Of a stretch of DNA of 64,000 nt, positions 50,172 through 61,957 are shown one piece after another (the first letter of the stretch is position 1; each line of letters starts with the position of its first letter). Position numbers and translations under genes: made by a program. The DNA is from Octopus bimaculoides (lineage: Eukaryota). The stretch lies in contig NC_068982.1 of NCBI RefSeq assembly GCF_001194135.2, forward strand, positions 53,864,159-53,928,158, read 5' to 3'. The notes below the pieces were generated by a model, which was not told the origin of the DNA, ran no database searches, and saw only the letters and a program-made list of their open reading frames with translations.

Positions 50172-50268
50172 ACACACACACACACACACATATATATTTG
50201 ACCTTAATCCGGCCACCCGTACACACACACACACACACATACACATACATACATATAAACGGCGATAT

Positions 50269-50684
50269 GCAATGTGATAGTTTAAAGGGAAAATATAACT
50301 ATTACTAAACGCGACAAAGGGTGTCAAGACACATACATTGCTAGAGATAAGAGCTAAAATGCTCTAATGCCGAAGGGAAAAGCACATACATGCTCACATG
50401 GGCTGCAATCACCCAAAACACCGTCTCGAGAAATCCTTAGAATGAACGTTCAGTTTCGGCTATTTCCGTATCCTTCGTCAGTAAGGAGCACTCGTTCGGA
50501 AGTTTCCAGATCAATCCTCTGTCAGCACATATGTATTTACCATGAAAATCTATGGATGATGTAACAGATCGCTAATGTGTATTCAAGAATTAACACAGAC
50601 TGTCATGCGCAATGTGATATTATAAAGGGAGAATATAATCGTCACTAAGCGCGGCTAAGGGCGTCAAAAAATCTACATTGCTAG
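50269..50684. repeat. Direct repeats 50269-50345 and 50609-50684 (period 340 bp) enclosing the hammerhead; probable PLE pseudo-LTR tandem
   Basis: Manual alignment gives 62/77 identity with one gap; both end in TACATTGCTAGA. Confidence 0.85.
50434..50487 (-). ncRNA. Near-intact type I hammerhead ribozyme
   Basis: Minus strand TCCTTA-CTGACGA-A-GGATA-cggaaa-TAGCC-GAA-ACTGAACGTTCATT-C-TAAGGA. Helix I is a perfect 6 bp and the core is perfect. Helix II has 4/5 pairs. Helix III is palindromic (TGAACGTTCA) with one C.U mismatch. Cleavage would be after UUC (between 50440 and 50439). Confidence 0.82.
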
Positions 50685-50687
50685 AAA

Positions 50688-50915
50688 TGTGTATGTGTGT
50701 GTGTGTGTCTTTGTGTCTGTGTTTGTACCCCACCAATGCTTGATAACCAGTGTTGGTGTGTTTACGTTCTCGTTACTTAGTTCGGCAAAAAGGGACCGAT
50801 GGAGTAAGTTCAAACAAAGAGGTACCGGGGTCGATGCATTGGAATAAAAATTCTTCAGGGTGGAACCTCAGCATGGACTCGGTCTAATAATTGAACAAGT
50901 AAAAGATAGATAAAA
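50688..50915 (+). mobile_element. SINE C 3' half
   Basis: GTGTCTGTGTTTGT.CCCCACC..TGCTTGA.AACC...GGGGTCGAT...CAGCATGG...AACAAGTAAAAGA. Confidence 0.8.
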
Positions 50916-51490
50916 GTAATGAAAATTTGCATCTTTCCTGTTATACTAGTTAGAAATAAATAATAAGGAAATAAATGCAATGAGATTTTTTTCAAGAAAA
51001 GAGAACAGGTTGTATTTACTATAGTTCTGGTGGTCCAGCCTGGGTAGTGGCTTGAGAGAAATCTGAATATCTAATCTCTTATTTCTCAATCAGCATTGTG
51101 GTTAGACGATGCGAAGGACGAAGGGTAACGGTTGTTGGGTTGCGCTCCCAGCAACAGTTGACCTTAATCCNNNNNNNNNNNNNNNNNNNNNNNNNNNNNN
51201 NNNNNNNNNNNNNNNNNNNNNNNNNNNNNNNNNNNNNNNNNNNNNNNNNNNNNNNNNNNNNNNNNNNNNNNNNNNNNNNNNNNNNNNNNNNNNNNNNNNN
51301 NNNNNNNNNNNNNNNNNNNNNNNNNNNNNNNNNNNNNNNNNNNNNNNNNNNNNNNNNNNNNNNNNNNNNNNNNNNNNNNNNNNNNNNNNNNNNNNNNNNN
51401 NNNNNNNNNNNNNNNNNNNNNNNNNNNNNNNNNNNNNNNNNNNNNNNNNNNNNNNNNNNNNNNNNNNNNNNNNNNNNNNNNNNNNNNNNN

Positions 51491-51522
<32 letters not shown>

Positions 51523-52184
51523 AATATATTTGTAAGTATTTACATGCTCCCGCCCATGTGTGTGTGTGTGTGTGTATTCAGATATAAACAAACTATAGTT
51601 ATGACTGAGATAAGGAGAAGAATAAGAAGGAAACCGTGAGAGATACCAGGATACAGGAATAGAGAATTAGTGGCAGGAGTAACTAACTGAATAACGTTCA
51701 GCACGGCGGATGGAATAGTACAAACTGCGCAAGAGAAAGAGTGAGAGAAAGAGTGAGAGTAAGTGAGTGAGTGAGTGAGTGACTGAGTGAGCAAAATATA
51801 TACGGACCAAGAGAGGTGTATGATAAATAAGAAAAGAATTAAAACAAATCTAGTTCTCTCTGATAATGTTTACTTCGCTTTTATTATTGCTATTTATTCT
51901 CTCTCTCCCCGCTCTCACTTCGTCTTTCTCTCTCTCTCACTCTCTTTCTCTCTCAGTCAGGGTCACAATAACCTGTAAACATGAATTTCACCTACTTTTA
52001 AGAACTATACATTCCTATGTTGGAGAGACTCAATCGTTCGAATAAATGAAGTGATAGTGTTATCAAATACCAAAATATATGTGTTACTATGGCAGTTATT
52101 TCCTTGCGTAAGATGCATGGATAGACTATACATATGCGTATAAATATTAGCATCGACAGAAACATAGCATAGATCCATTTACGC

Positions 52185-52227
<43 letters not shown>

Positions 52228-53159
52228 NNNNNNNNNNNNNNNNNNNNNNNNNNNNNNNNNNNNNNNNNNNNNNNNNNNNNNNNNNNNNNNNNNNNNNNNN
52301 NNNNNNNNNNNNNNNNNNNNNNNNNNNNNNNNNNNNNNNNNNNNNNNNNNNNNNNNNNNNNNNNNNNNNNNNNNNNNNNNNNNNNNNNNNNNNNNNNNNN
52401 NNNNNNNNNNNNNNNNNNNNNNNNNNNNNNNNNNNNNNNNNNNNNNNNNNNNNNNNNNNNNNNNNNNNNNNNNNNNNNNNNNNNNNNNNNNNNNNNNNNN
52501 NNNNNNNNNNNNNNNNNNNNNNNNNNNNNNNNNNNNNNNNNNNNNNNNNNNNNNNNNNNNNNNNNNNNNNNNNNNNNNNNNNNNNNNNNNNNNNNNNNNN
52601 NNNNNNNNNNNNNNNNNNNNNNNNNNNNNNNNNNNNNNNNNNNNNNNNNNNNNNNNNNNNNNNNNNNNNNNNNNNNNNNNNNNNNNNNNNNNNNNNNNNN
52701 NNNNNNNNNNNNNNNNNNNNNNNNNNNNNNNNNNNNNNNNNNNNNNNNNNNNNNNNNNNNNNNNNNNNNNNNNNNNNNNNNNNNNNNNNNNNNNNNNNNN
52801 NNNNNNNNNNNNNNNNNNNNNNNNNNNNNNNNNNNNNNNNNNNNNNNNNNNNNNNNNNNNNNNNNNNNNNNNNNNNNNNNNNNNNNNNNNNNNNNNNNNN
52901 NNNNNNNNNNNNNNNNNNNNNNNNNNNNNNNNNNNNNNNNNNNNNNNNNNNNNNNNNNNNNNNNNNNNNNNNNNNNNNNNNNNNNNNNNNNNNNNNNNNN
53001 NNNNNNNNNNNNNNNNNNNNNNNNNNNNNNNNNNNNNNNNNNNNNNNNNNNNNNNNNNNNNNNNNNNNNNNNNNNNNNNNNNNNNNNNNNNNNNNNNNNN
53101 NNNNNNNNNNNNNNNNNNNNNNNNNNNNNNNNNNNNATATATATATATATATATATATA

Positions 53160-53343
53160 TAACTGGCACTCTGTCGATTACGACGACGAGGGTTCCAGTT
53201 GATCCGATCAATGGAACAGCTTGCTCGTGAAATTAACGTACAAAATGACTGAGCACTCCTCAAACACGTGTATCCTTAACGTACTTCTCCAGGAGATTCT
53301 GCGTGACACAGTATGCGCCAAGGCTGGCCCTTTGAAATACATG
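53160..53343 (-). mobile_element. SINE B tail
   Basis: TGGCACTCTGTCGATTACGACGACGAGGGTTCCAGTTGATCCGATCA... Confidence 0.88.
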
Positions 53344-53444
53344 TACTGTTCTACGATTCGTGGGTTACTATAGTGTAAAATAGAGCATCAACATCTCAAG
53401 ATTTCTTTTCGGTCTGAATGTTTGTAACAAATGTGACCAAAAGT

Positions 53445-53879
53445 AGAACTACTATTCGCATTATGACGGAACCAGCTTGCTGAACGCTTCAGTCATCAAT
53501 TTTATTCAATAAAAGTCTTTTGTTTCTATACTTGATGCTCTCTTCAGTATGGTTATTCCATGCAAATCTGCTCGATTTTATCTAGTATCTCATCTTGGGC
53601 CTCAATCTGCGTAGCAAACAGTTTGGTGTAGTTGGAACATATCCTGGTTTCTATAACCAATTCAGTGATTTGTTGATGGCCGTTCCAAGAAAAGGAAATG
53701 CATTTGACAGTGTGGAAGTGTTCAGTGAGGTGGAAAATTACGGTCATTGTGGATGTTGGCAGCTTATGGAGACTTGATGTCTACTGTAAAAAGAAGTTGG
53801 GATGAGTCAGAAGGAAAGAGAATCTCCAAGAGAACTACCATTCGTATTACGATGGAATCAGTTTGCTAATCGCTCCAGT
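53445..53879 (-). mobile_element. Penelope-like RT fragment (about 53600-53830) between 49-bp direct repeats
   Basis: Minus strand SQLLFTVDIKS...HLTE.F.TVKCISFSWNG.QQITELVIETRICSNYTKLF (about LFTMDIKSLY...LTLNCFSFNG.YQQI.GVAMGT.MGPNYANLF). Repeats 53445-53493 and 53831-53879 are 40/49 identical. Confidence 0.72.
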
Positions 53880-53933
53880 TTCTGTAGTGGAAGCTTCTTT
53901 TTTCATACAAATCAGATCGATATTATCCAGTAT

Positions 53934-55000
53934 TAGGCGGCAAGCTGACAGAATCGTTAGCACGCCGGGCAAAATGCTTGGCGACATTTCGCTCATCTTT
54001 GCGTTCTAAGTTCTAATTCAGCCGATGTCGACTTTGCCTTTAATCCTTTCGAGGTTAATAAAATAAGTACCAGTTCAACTTTGAGGTCGAAATAACATTT
54101 GTCGTCATCTGTAATCGTATTATTCAAAAGTATTTTATCTACTTTTTTAATTAATAGCACGGAATGCAATGGATAGGTGACGAGTGGTAGAATCGTTTCC
54201 TTACCCTGTTGCGAGAGTTTGAGATCTTACATAATATCCATAAGTGTTGATTTTCTTCCTTTGACTAAAACTTAGAAAAGTCCAGTGTTTAAATTTCACT
54301 AGACCCGACATTGCATATTTGCTTTATAAAAGCAAGGCAGTGACCTGACAGAACTGTTGGTGCACCAGACAAACTGCTTTGCAGTATTTCCTCTGGAGTC
54401 TTGGGCTTTGAGTTCAAATGTTGCCTTTCATCCTTTCGACATCGATGGAATAAAGTATCGGTCAAGTATTGAAGATCGATGTAATCAACTTGTTCTAATC
54501 CTCTTCATATTGCTAACCCCGAGCCAAAATTAGAAAGGATTATTATAATTTGGTAGAATTAAGGCGGTGAGCTGGCAGGATGGTTAGCATGCCAGACAAA
54601 ATGCTTAGTGGCATTTCGCACGTCTTTACGATCCAAGTTCAAATTCCGACATTGTCGACTTTGCCTTTCACCCTTTCAGGTCTGATAAAATAAACACCAG
54701 TTGTGTACTGAGGTCGACGTAATCGACAAGCTTCCCTCATCCCCACATTCAAATAAATATTCAGACCTTTGCCTATAGTAGAAAGGATTATTCGGTAGAC
54801 TCAAGGTGGCGTGCTGGCAGAATCGCTAGCGCGACGAACAAAGTGCTTAGCGGTATTTCTTCGGGCTCTTTATGTTTCGAGTTTAGACCTTGGCGGCCAA
54901 CATTGCCTTTCAACCCCTGGGAGTTGAATGAAATAAAGTACTAGTCAAGTAAAGGGGAATAGATGTAATCGACTAGCCCCCTCCCCTTAAAATCGCTATC
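53934..55000 (+). mobile_element. Tandem SINE A cluster (4 copies)
   Basis: Heads at about 53935, 54336, 54561 and 54803, all on the + strand. Confidence 0.88.
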
Positions 55001-56607
55001 TTAAACCCTGCGACGAATCAGCGTCCTGTTCAGGGGTATGTTGAGGACTCGGTCACGGCTATGGAAGCCGGGTAACGGTCTTTATGAGTCCAAGAATGCA
55101 AGAAAATTTCCGTTTTATCAATATATTGCTTCCCTGTATTTAGATATTTAATTGTTTCAGTTAAAGTTCCTTCTTGACTGCTTTTTTATTTCAAGTCTCA
55201 TTGACTTATATTTTTCCTTTCTCCCTATTCTATATAACCCTTTCTTTCTCATTTTCCCACCATATTCTTGAGAAGGCGGGGTCAACAAAGAAAACAGTGG
55301 ATTGGTCAGTTAAGAACGTCAGACGTTTCAATAAAATGACCATCGTAAACAACAAACTTGATAACTTCCTCCACTTAAAACGTCATCACATTATCACATT
55401 TTATGTAAGTGTAATATAATTTACTGTAAATAATGTCATATATCATATATTGGTATCCGTGCCAAATAGTTGGCACTTGAATGTTTCCCCAGTTTGATTT
55501 ATATTTATTTATATATTTATTTACATATTTGAGGGTACTTTTTGCCACAAGTGCAGCACTCTCATCTTTTATAAAATACTAATTAGTTTTCATATTTAAA
55601 AGAAGTCAAATGACAAGAGAAGTTTTATTACTACAGTTTAGAATAAACTTGATAACCAAATAGTTAAAAAAAAAAAACAATAACAATTAAATTACATACA
55701 ATGGGAGTTCAAACTCTTGAAAAACTTAACTTGACAAAATTAAGCCAATATTTTGCTAAGAACGACTTTGTAATAGAGTAGAACATCCGATCATTAAAAT
55801 CACACATAAGTCTAAACCTCAATTACTCATTAGAACCCAATTGTTCTGCTTGTTTAGTGAACAAATTATAGTTTAGTTTGAATGATGAACAGTGATATTA
55901 TCACAACAATTTCAGTTTACATATTAGAATCAATGTGTATTTTAAATGTTTGAGTTAACAGAGGTCTACAATAGGTCTACAAGATTAATAGTCAATGGTT
56001 TGCATCCGAACTAAGGAACTTGAGTAGCGGCTATCACCAACAGGAGAACGTTATATCTTATCACTGAAAAGTAGCTGGTCCAGGCATTTTATTTATAATG
56101 AGCGTCTCGTTGGGTTCCAGTATTGGATTTATTATGTTTCCATAGTCCTTGTGAGAGCAAAAGGAAGCGACGCCAACAATTTAACCTTAAACCATTTCGG
56201 TGAAATTTGCATTAGTCTAAATTCAGAACCATTCATATTGAGAACTATTCGTTCGGAATTATTCCGTGGTCTGTTCCACATTAAACTCAGTACAAACTGG
56301 CAAACAGAATCTTTAATTTGCGATAATCTATCGCGAAAATTGGATTAATTATGTAGGATTTTATCTGAGATATTTTCTATTTGAATGGCAATCTCACTAG
56401 GATTACCTATTTAATAAACGTCCCTCAGCTTGACATTCAATGATTTGCCACCACAAACTCGAGTAATTAAATCGAAGTCATCATCGTAATTTCAAACAAA
56501 CAACCTTGTTATTTCATTTATGACATTGATGTGGCTCATCTGCAGGTTATTTTGACATTATTTCGTTATACCGCCCCTCTCTTTATCTCCCTCTTTCTTT
56601 CTAATTG

Positions 56608-56655
<48 letters not shown>

Positions 56656-56921
56656 NNNNNNNNNNNNNNNNNNNNNNNNNNNNNNNNNNNNNNNNNNNNN
56701 NNNNNNNNNNNNNNNNNNNNNNNNNNNNNNNNNNNNNNNNNNNNNNNNNNNNNNNNNNNNNNNNNNNNNNNNNNNNNNNNNNNNNNNNNNNNNNNNNNNN
56801 NNNNNNNNNNNNNNNNNNNNNNNNNNNNNNNNNNNNNNNNNNNNNNNNNNNNNNNNNNNNNNNNNNNNNNNNNNNNNNNNNNNNNNNNNNNNNNNNNNNN
56901 NNNNNNNNNNNNNNNNNNNNN

Positions 56922-57250
56922 GTTTCGATTCCCAGACCGGGCGTTGTGAGTGTCTATTGAGCGAAAACACCTAAAGCTCCACGAGGCTCCGGCCGGGGAT
57001 GGTGGCAAACCCTGCTGTACTCTTTCACCACAACTTTCTCTCATTCTTTCTTCCAGTTTTCGTTGTGCCTGTAATTCAAAGGGTCAGCCTTGTCACACTG
57101 TGTCACGCTGAATATCCCCGAGAACTACGTTAAGGGTACACGTGTCTGTGGAGTGCTCATCCACTTGCACGTTAATTTCACGAGCAGGCTGTTCCGTTGA
57201 TCGGATCAACTGGAACCCTCGACGTCGTAAGCGACGGAGTGCCAACAACA
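56922..57250 (+). mobile_element. Young SINE B1 (head lost in gap)
   Basis: GTTTCGATTCCCAGACCGGGCG...GACGTCGTAAGCGACGGAGTGCCAACAAC. Confidence 0.93.
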
Positions 57251-57739
57251 TAACCCTCTTCATTTTATCTTGCACTTACACCCTTACCTGCCACATTAAT
57301 ATATTCATTTCGCAAAAACGGTTGTACTTTTACGGTCCATAAAATTAAAAACAAACAAAAGACGAACACCAAAGCAAATAAGCAAGAAGGACGAGTATCT
57401 CGTTAGTGTTAAGTTCAAGACGACAAGAGGAAGGATCTCTGTAATTGAATGAAAAACTCACTCCCGATTTATTTCGGTAAACTTTTCAACAGTAGATCTG
57501 CAGCCTTCGTTTTGTTGAAGATCTGCGTGTGCCGAATCCATCGATAAACAAGAATACAATTGGATGATTATTGCTGGAACGGTTTTTCATTGAATTATCA
57601 ACAACAACAGCAACCACAACGACAACAACAACGCCATCATCAACAACAATATCATTAACAACAACAACAACAACAACAACGGGAAAGATATACGAAAGAC
57701 AAACGAAAACAGCAAAATCATAAGCAATAGTGCGTCAGG

Positions 57740-57960
57740 CCTAAGGTGGCGAGCCGGCAGAATCGTTAGCACACCAGCCAAAATGCTTAGCGCCATTTCG
57801 TCTGTCTTTATGTCCTGAGCTCAAATTCTGTCGAGGTCGACTACCCTTTTCATTCTTTCTGGGCTGATAAAGCAAGTACAAGTGGAACACTGGGGTCGAT
57901 GTAATTGACTAAACCCCTTCCTCCGAACTTGCTGGCCCTGTGCCAAAATTTGAAATCAAC
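57740..57960 (+). mobile_element. SINE A
   Basis: AAGGTGGCGAGCCGGCAGAATCGTTAGCAC...GTGCCAAAATTTGAAATC. Confidence 0.88.
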
Positions 57961-58365
57961 TTTATGTGTCAGGCCAGAGATCTCATCACAGACTGATGAG
58001 ACCTGCTACTGGTACCATGTAAACCAGTGTCACTTGTTCTGTAGTCGGATGGTCCAATGATAGAACATCTGTCATGTTTACGAGACCTGTGGATTCGCCC
58101 CACGAGAAGCCTTCCACTTTTTATGTCCAAAGGGTTATTTGTTATTTATAGCTTTATCACCTTCGAGTTTCATTGTTCTAGAAAAGAATCCATTCACGAC
58201 TCACGAGGTTTCTAACTTCTTATGACTTGAACAGCAAAGAAAGTATTCTTATGCCACCAGATCGACAAGCAACTCTTGTTTCTTTGTAGTTGAATTTTCG
58301 AAGGGGAATACAAAATGGTTATCTGTTGTAACCTTCAAGTATTTTTAACACGATACACAATAAGT

Positions 58366-58632
58366 ACTAGGCTTACATAGAATAAATCCTGGGGTCGGTT
58401 TGCTCGACTAAAGGCGGTGCTCCAGCATGGCCACAGTCAAATGACTGAAACAAATAAAAGAGTAAAAGAGTATATATAACGGTCTTCTTTTAGTCTCCGT
58501 CAACCAAATCTACTCACAAGGCTTTACTCAGCTCGAAGCTATAGTAGAAGACACTTGTCCAAGGTACCACGCAGTGAGGCTGAACCCACAACCATGTGGT
58601 TAAGAAGCAAGCTTCTTACCATGCTGCCACAT
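58366..58632. mobile_element. SINE C tail (+) fused to SINE C head (-)
   Basis: TAAGTACTAGGC...TAAAAGAG (58360-58450), then TATAACGGTCTTC...GACACTTGTCCAAGG...CTTCTTACC (58475-58625). Confidence 0.8.
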
Positions 58633-58984
58633 TTGTCCAAGGCGCTAACAAATATGACAATCCCTCCACCCTGTACCGCTACTTCACTTTTATTTTAATC
58701 GACATTGAAAGGATGAAAAGCCTGTGGTGGTATTTGATCTCTCTTTCTAAAGAGTCGGAAGAAATACGACGGACAAGCTTTTCGCCCATTGTCCGAACTT
58801 CTCACAAATTTGGATGATTCAACCCGTTAGAAGGTATAAATAAAATTTTTAAAAAATGAAAGAAAAAAAAATGAAAAAAAAACAATAAACCCAAAGTTTT
58901 TCCAGCGACTTGAAATGCAACATTTATAACAAAGTGGATAACAAAAGCTGCAGAAAGAAAGTCAACTCTGAGGTCAATGACAAG

Positions 58985-59072
58985 AATAAGTAATGCAACG
59001 ACAGCAACAACAACAACAACAATAACAACAACAATAATAATAATAATAATAATAATAGTGCTGCTGCTAATC

Positions 59073-59110
<38 letters not shown>

Positions 59111-59120
59111 AATAATAGTA

Positions 59121-59186
<66 letters not shown>

Positions 59187-59220
59187 AAGAATAACAACAA
59201 CAACAACAACAACAACTCAA
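58985..59220. repeat. Compound trinucleotide SSR (CAA/TAA/GAT/AAT/GAA/CAA)
   Basis: Direct inspection. Confidence 0.95.
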
Positions 59221-59254
59221 CTATAACAAAAGCAATACGCGAACAAGGGAGTCC

Positions 59255-59465
59255 CTAACAGGTCGCTCGACTTGCTAGTAATAATGGCCAAGTACTCCTC
59301 AAATAAAATTCCAGCTGTGCCAAGGAAAGGATATATATATATATAGATTATCAAGTGTGCACATTATCTAAAGGGTGGTTATAGCTGGAGCCCATTGATC
59401 TTAAATTTGTTCGATCAGGATTATCATGGAAGTGGGTGGGGGATGGGGGTCAAACAACAACAAAA
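59255..59465 (+). mobile_element. Decayed 3' part of another SINE-like repeat ending in (CAA)n; minus-strand relative at about 32770-32940
   Basis: GGTCGCTCGACTTGCTAG...CCTCAAAT...GCTGGA.CCCATTGATC...TCGATCAGG...AAACAACAAC. Confidence 0.45.
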
Positions 59466-59697
59466 AAAGTAACAACGACATCAACTGCATAAGCCACAAT
59501 AACGACAACACGGCAATTACAAATTCAAGAAAATAACAAAAAGAAAAACACCATTTCAACAGCTACCACCTCTATCACCACCACTAACCACCACTAACAA
59601 CAACAACAGCTACAATAACAATTGCAATACAACAAGAAAATCGACTGCAATAAAAATATACCAGAAAGGTTAGTTAAGCGGTCAATAACCTTTTCTT

Positions 59698-59734
<37 letters not shown>

Positions 59735-60345
59735 GCGATTGTGCATTTGCAAATATTGTGCAGATGCATAAATGCAAGCTTTATGTGCAATTTGTGTCAC
59801 CTAACCTAATTTGCTGTAGTTTCACCTTCTAGATCACATGCAAATGCTGACATGTACCCGCACATATGCAAACACACGTCTTAGAGTACCACCCCTATTC
59901 ATGTGCATACAAATGCAGCTTGTGCACAGTAATGCAGCATAGTGAGTCATTACTGCAGCAGCACCATCACCAGCACCAACACTGGCATCAGCTTGAACGC
60001 CGATAGCTACCTCTATCGCTTGCACTGTGAAAACCGCCATGATCACTCATACCACTACCATTACGGGCTTCCCAAGTCACGCCATATTTCCCCCTCTGCC
60101 CTATTATCACCTATTGCCATACCGGGACACAGTGCAATGTCCCACACGACCGCAGTAATACTGTTATAACCGCAACCGCCGATACGATCAACGCCATCTC
60201 CACTAACACTAACGCTGACACCTACAAAATGCCAACACCGTCTGCACTTCCAGAACCACTACCATCACCACCATAACACAGACATCACCACCACTATCTT
60301 CATCTAAATGCAATGCCGCTGCTATTACTGGTACCACCACTAACT

Positions 60346-60656
60346 GTGAAGGCGCATGGATCAATGGTTAGAGAGTCGAGTTCACAATCATGAGGTAATG
60401 AGTCCGATTTCCGCACCGGGCAGTATGTTGTGTTCACCGAGCTGTAGAAAAGAGATGTGACGTCACTGGTGCCAAGCTGTATCGGTTTTTGCCTTACCCT
60501 GGGATAACACCAGTGGCGTAGAGAGGAGATGCTGGTATGCATGGGTGACTGCTGGTCTTCCACAGAAACAAACTTGCCCGAACTTGTGCCTCGGAGGGGA
60601 ACTTTCTACATTCAATCCCATGGTCATTCATGACCAAAAGGGAGTCTTTACCCTTT
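60346..60656 (+). mobile_element. SINE family D (tRNA head, CORE-like segment partly deleted)
   Basis: GTGAAGGCGCATGGATCAATGGTTAGAG head; body shared with 49994-50094; tail GACCAAAAGGGAGTCTTTACCCTTT. Confidence 0.85.
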
Positions 60657-60760
60657 GCCAACAACCATTGCCAACATCATCGCCGCTACCAGCACAACCA
60701 CCGTAGTCTCCATCACCACCAGAAACACAAGCAAACACAACTACCAAATGTAACGACTTA

Positions 60761-60979
60761 CGAAGGGGTGCTGGAATGTTTCTGACGGCTTAAAGGAATC
60801 GCGAAAGACCTGGCTGGAGGCTTAGTCTTCCGAGTTCTTTTACAGGGCTTAGAAAAACTGAAGAACCGCTGTAAAATATGTGTGAATCTGAGAGGGGTAT
60901 ATGTTGAATAGAACTATAATTAACCGATTCTCCTGTATTTTCTTTTACCCAAAGCCAGTAACTTTTCAGCACTTCATCA
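60761..60979 (+). mobile_element. 219-bp mariner-derived MITE
   Basis: TA|CGAAGGGGTGCTGGAATG and AAAGCCAGTAACTTTTCAGCACTTCATCA|TA. Internal GLEKLKNRCKICVNLRGVYVE* is a mariner transposase C-terminus. Confidence 0.88.
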
Positions 60980-61085
60980 TATGTATGTATGTACGTACGT
61001 ACGTACGTACGTATGTATGTATGTATGTATGTATGTATGTATGCATGTATGTATGTATGTATGTGTGTATGTATGTATGTATGTA

Positions 61086-61270
61086 CGAGGGGATGCTGAA
61101 AACTTCCTGACTTTAAGTGTGTCGCGAAAGGCCTGATTGGGGGCTCAGCCATCCGAGTTCTTTTAGAGGGTTTGGAAAAACTGAAGGACTGTTGCAATAA
61201 GTGTGTGAATCTGAGAAGGAAATATGTTAAATAAAACCATAATTAACTGTATTTTCAGTCCAACCCGTCG
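61086..61270 (+). mobile_element. Second tandem copy of the mariner MITE (about 35-bp deletion), separated from the first by (TATG)n
   Basis: TA|CGAGGGGATGCTGAAAACTTCCTG; colinear with 60761-60979. Confidence 0.85.
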
Positions 61271-61344
61271 GATATGAAAAAAAAAATCCACCGATATCAC
61301 CACCATCACCACCACCACTACTACTACAATTACTATGCTAATAC

Positions 61345-61600
61345 TGTGTGTGTATGCATGTGTGTGTCTGTGTGTGTGTGTCTGTGTTTGACCCACCATC
61401 ACCACCACCACCACCATCACTTGACAACCGGTGTTGGTGTGTTTACGTCTCCGTAAAATAGCGGTTCGGCAGAAGAGTTCGATAGAATAAGTACCAAGCT
61501 TTGAAAACAACAACAAAAAAGGACTGTGAGTTTATTCATTCGACTAAAAGTTCTTTGAGTCAGTGCCCCAGGATGGCTGTACTCTACTGACAAAAAGTAA
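61345..61600 (+). mobile_element. SINE C 3' half with internal (CAC)n expansion
   Basis: CTTGACAACCGGTGTTGGTGTGTTTACGTC...GCGGTTCGGCA...GATAGAATAAGTACC. Confidence 0.8.
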
Positions 61601-61785
61601 AAACAAACAACAACAAAAAAACTCCCGGCAACCCCCCACCATCACCACCACCACCACTATGCTAAGCTTCAACAGCGTTTCTATTACTGGTACCACAATC
61701 AACCAGTGCCAATGTCATCGTCGCTATCAGCACGACCACCACTGCGTCTAACACCACCAACAAAAACAATCACCAAATGTGTGTG

Positions 61786-61957
61786 TTGGCACTCCGTCGC
61801 TTACGACGTCGAGGGTTCCAGTTGATCCGATCAACGGAACAGCCTGCTCATGAAATTAACGTGCAAGTGGCTGAGCATTCCACAGACACGTGTACCCTTA
61901 ATGTAATTCTCGGGGATATTCAGCGTGACACAGTGTGACAAGGCTGACCCTTTGAAC
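61786..61957 (-). mobile_element. SINE B1 tail (rest in gap)
   Basis: TTGGCACTCCGTCGCTTACGACGTCGAGGGTTCC...GGCTGACCCTTTGAA. Confidence 0.92.

Noticed and set aside
55305-55350. Minus-strand GAAACGTC with upstream ACGATG
   Set aside because: The core and helices are too degenerate to distinguish from chance.
57981-58035. CTGATGA-GACC...GGT...AAAC-CAGT-GTC as a hammerhead or C/D snoRNA
   Set aside because: An extra 6-7 nt precede AAAC and helix I does not pair. The core is sequestered in a TCTCATCA/TGATGAGA hairpin, and there is no D box. At best a relic.
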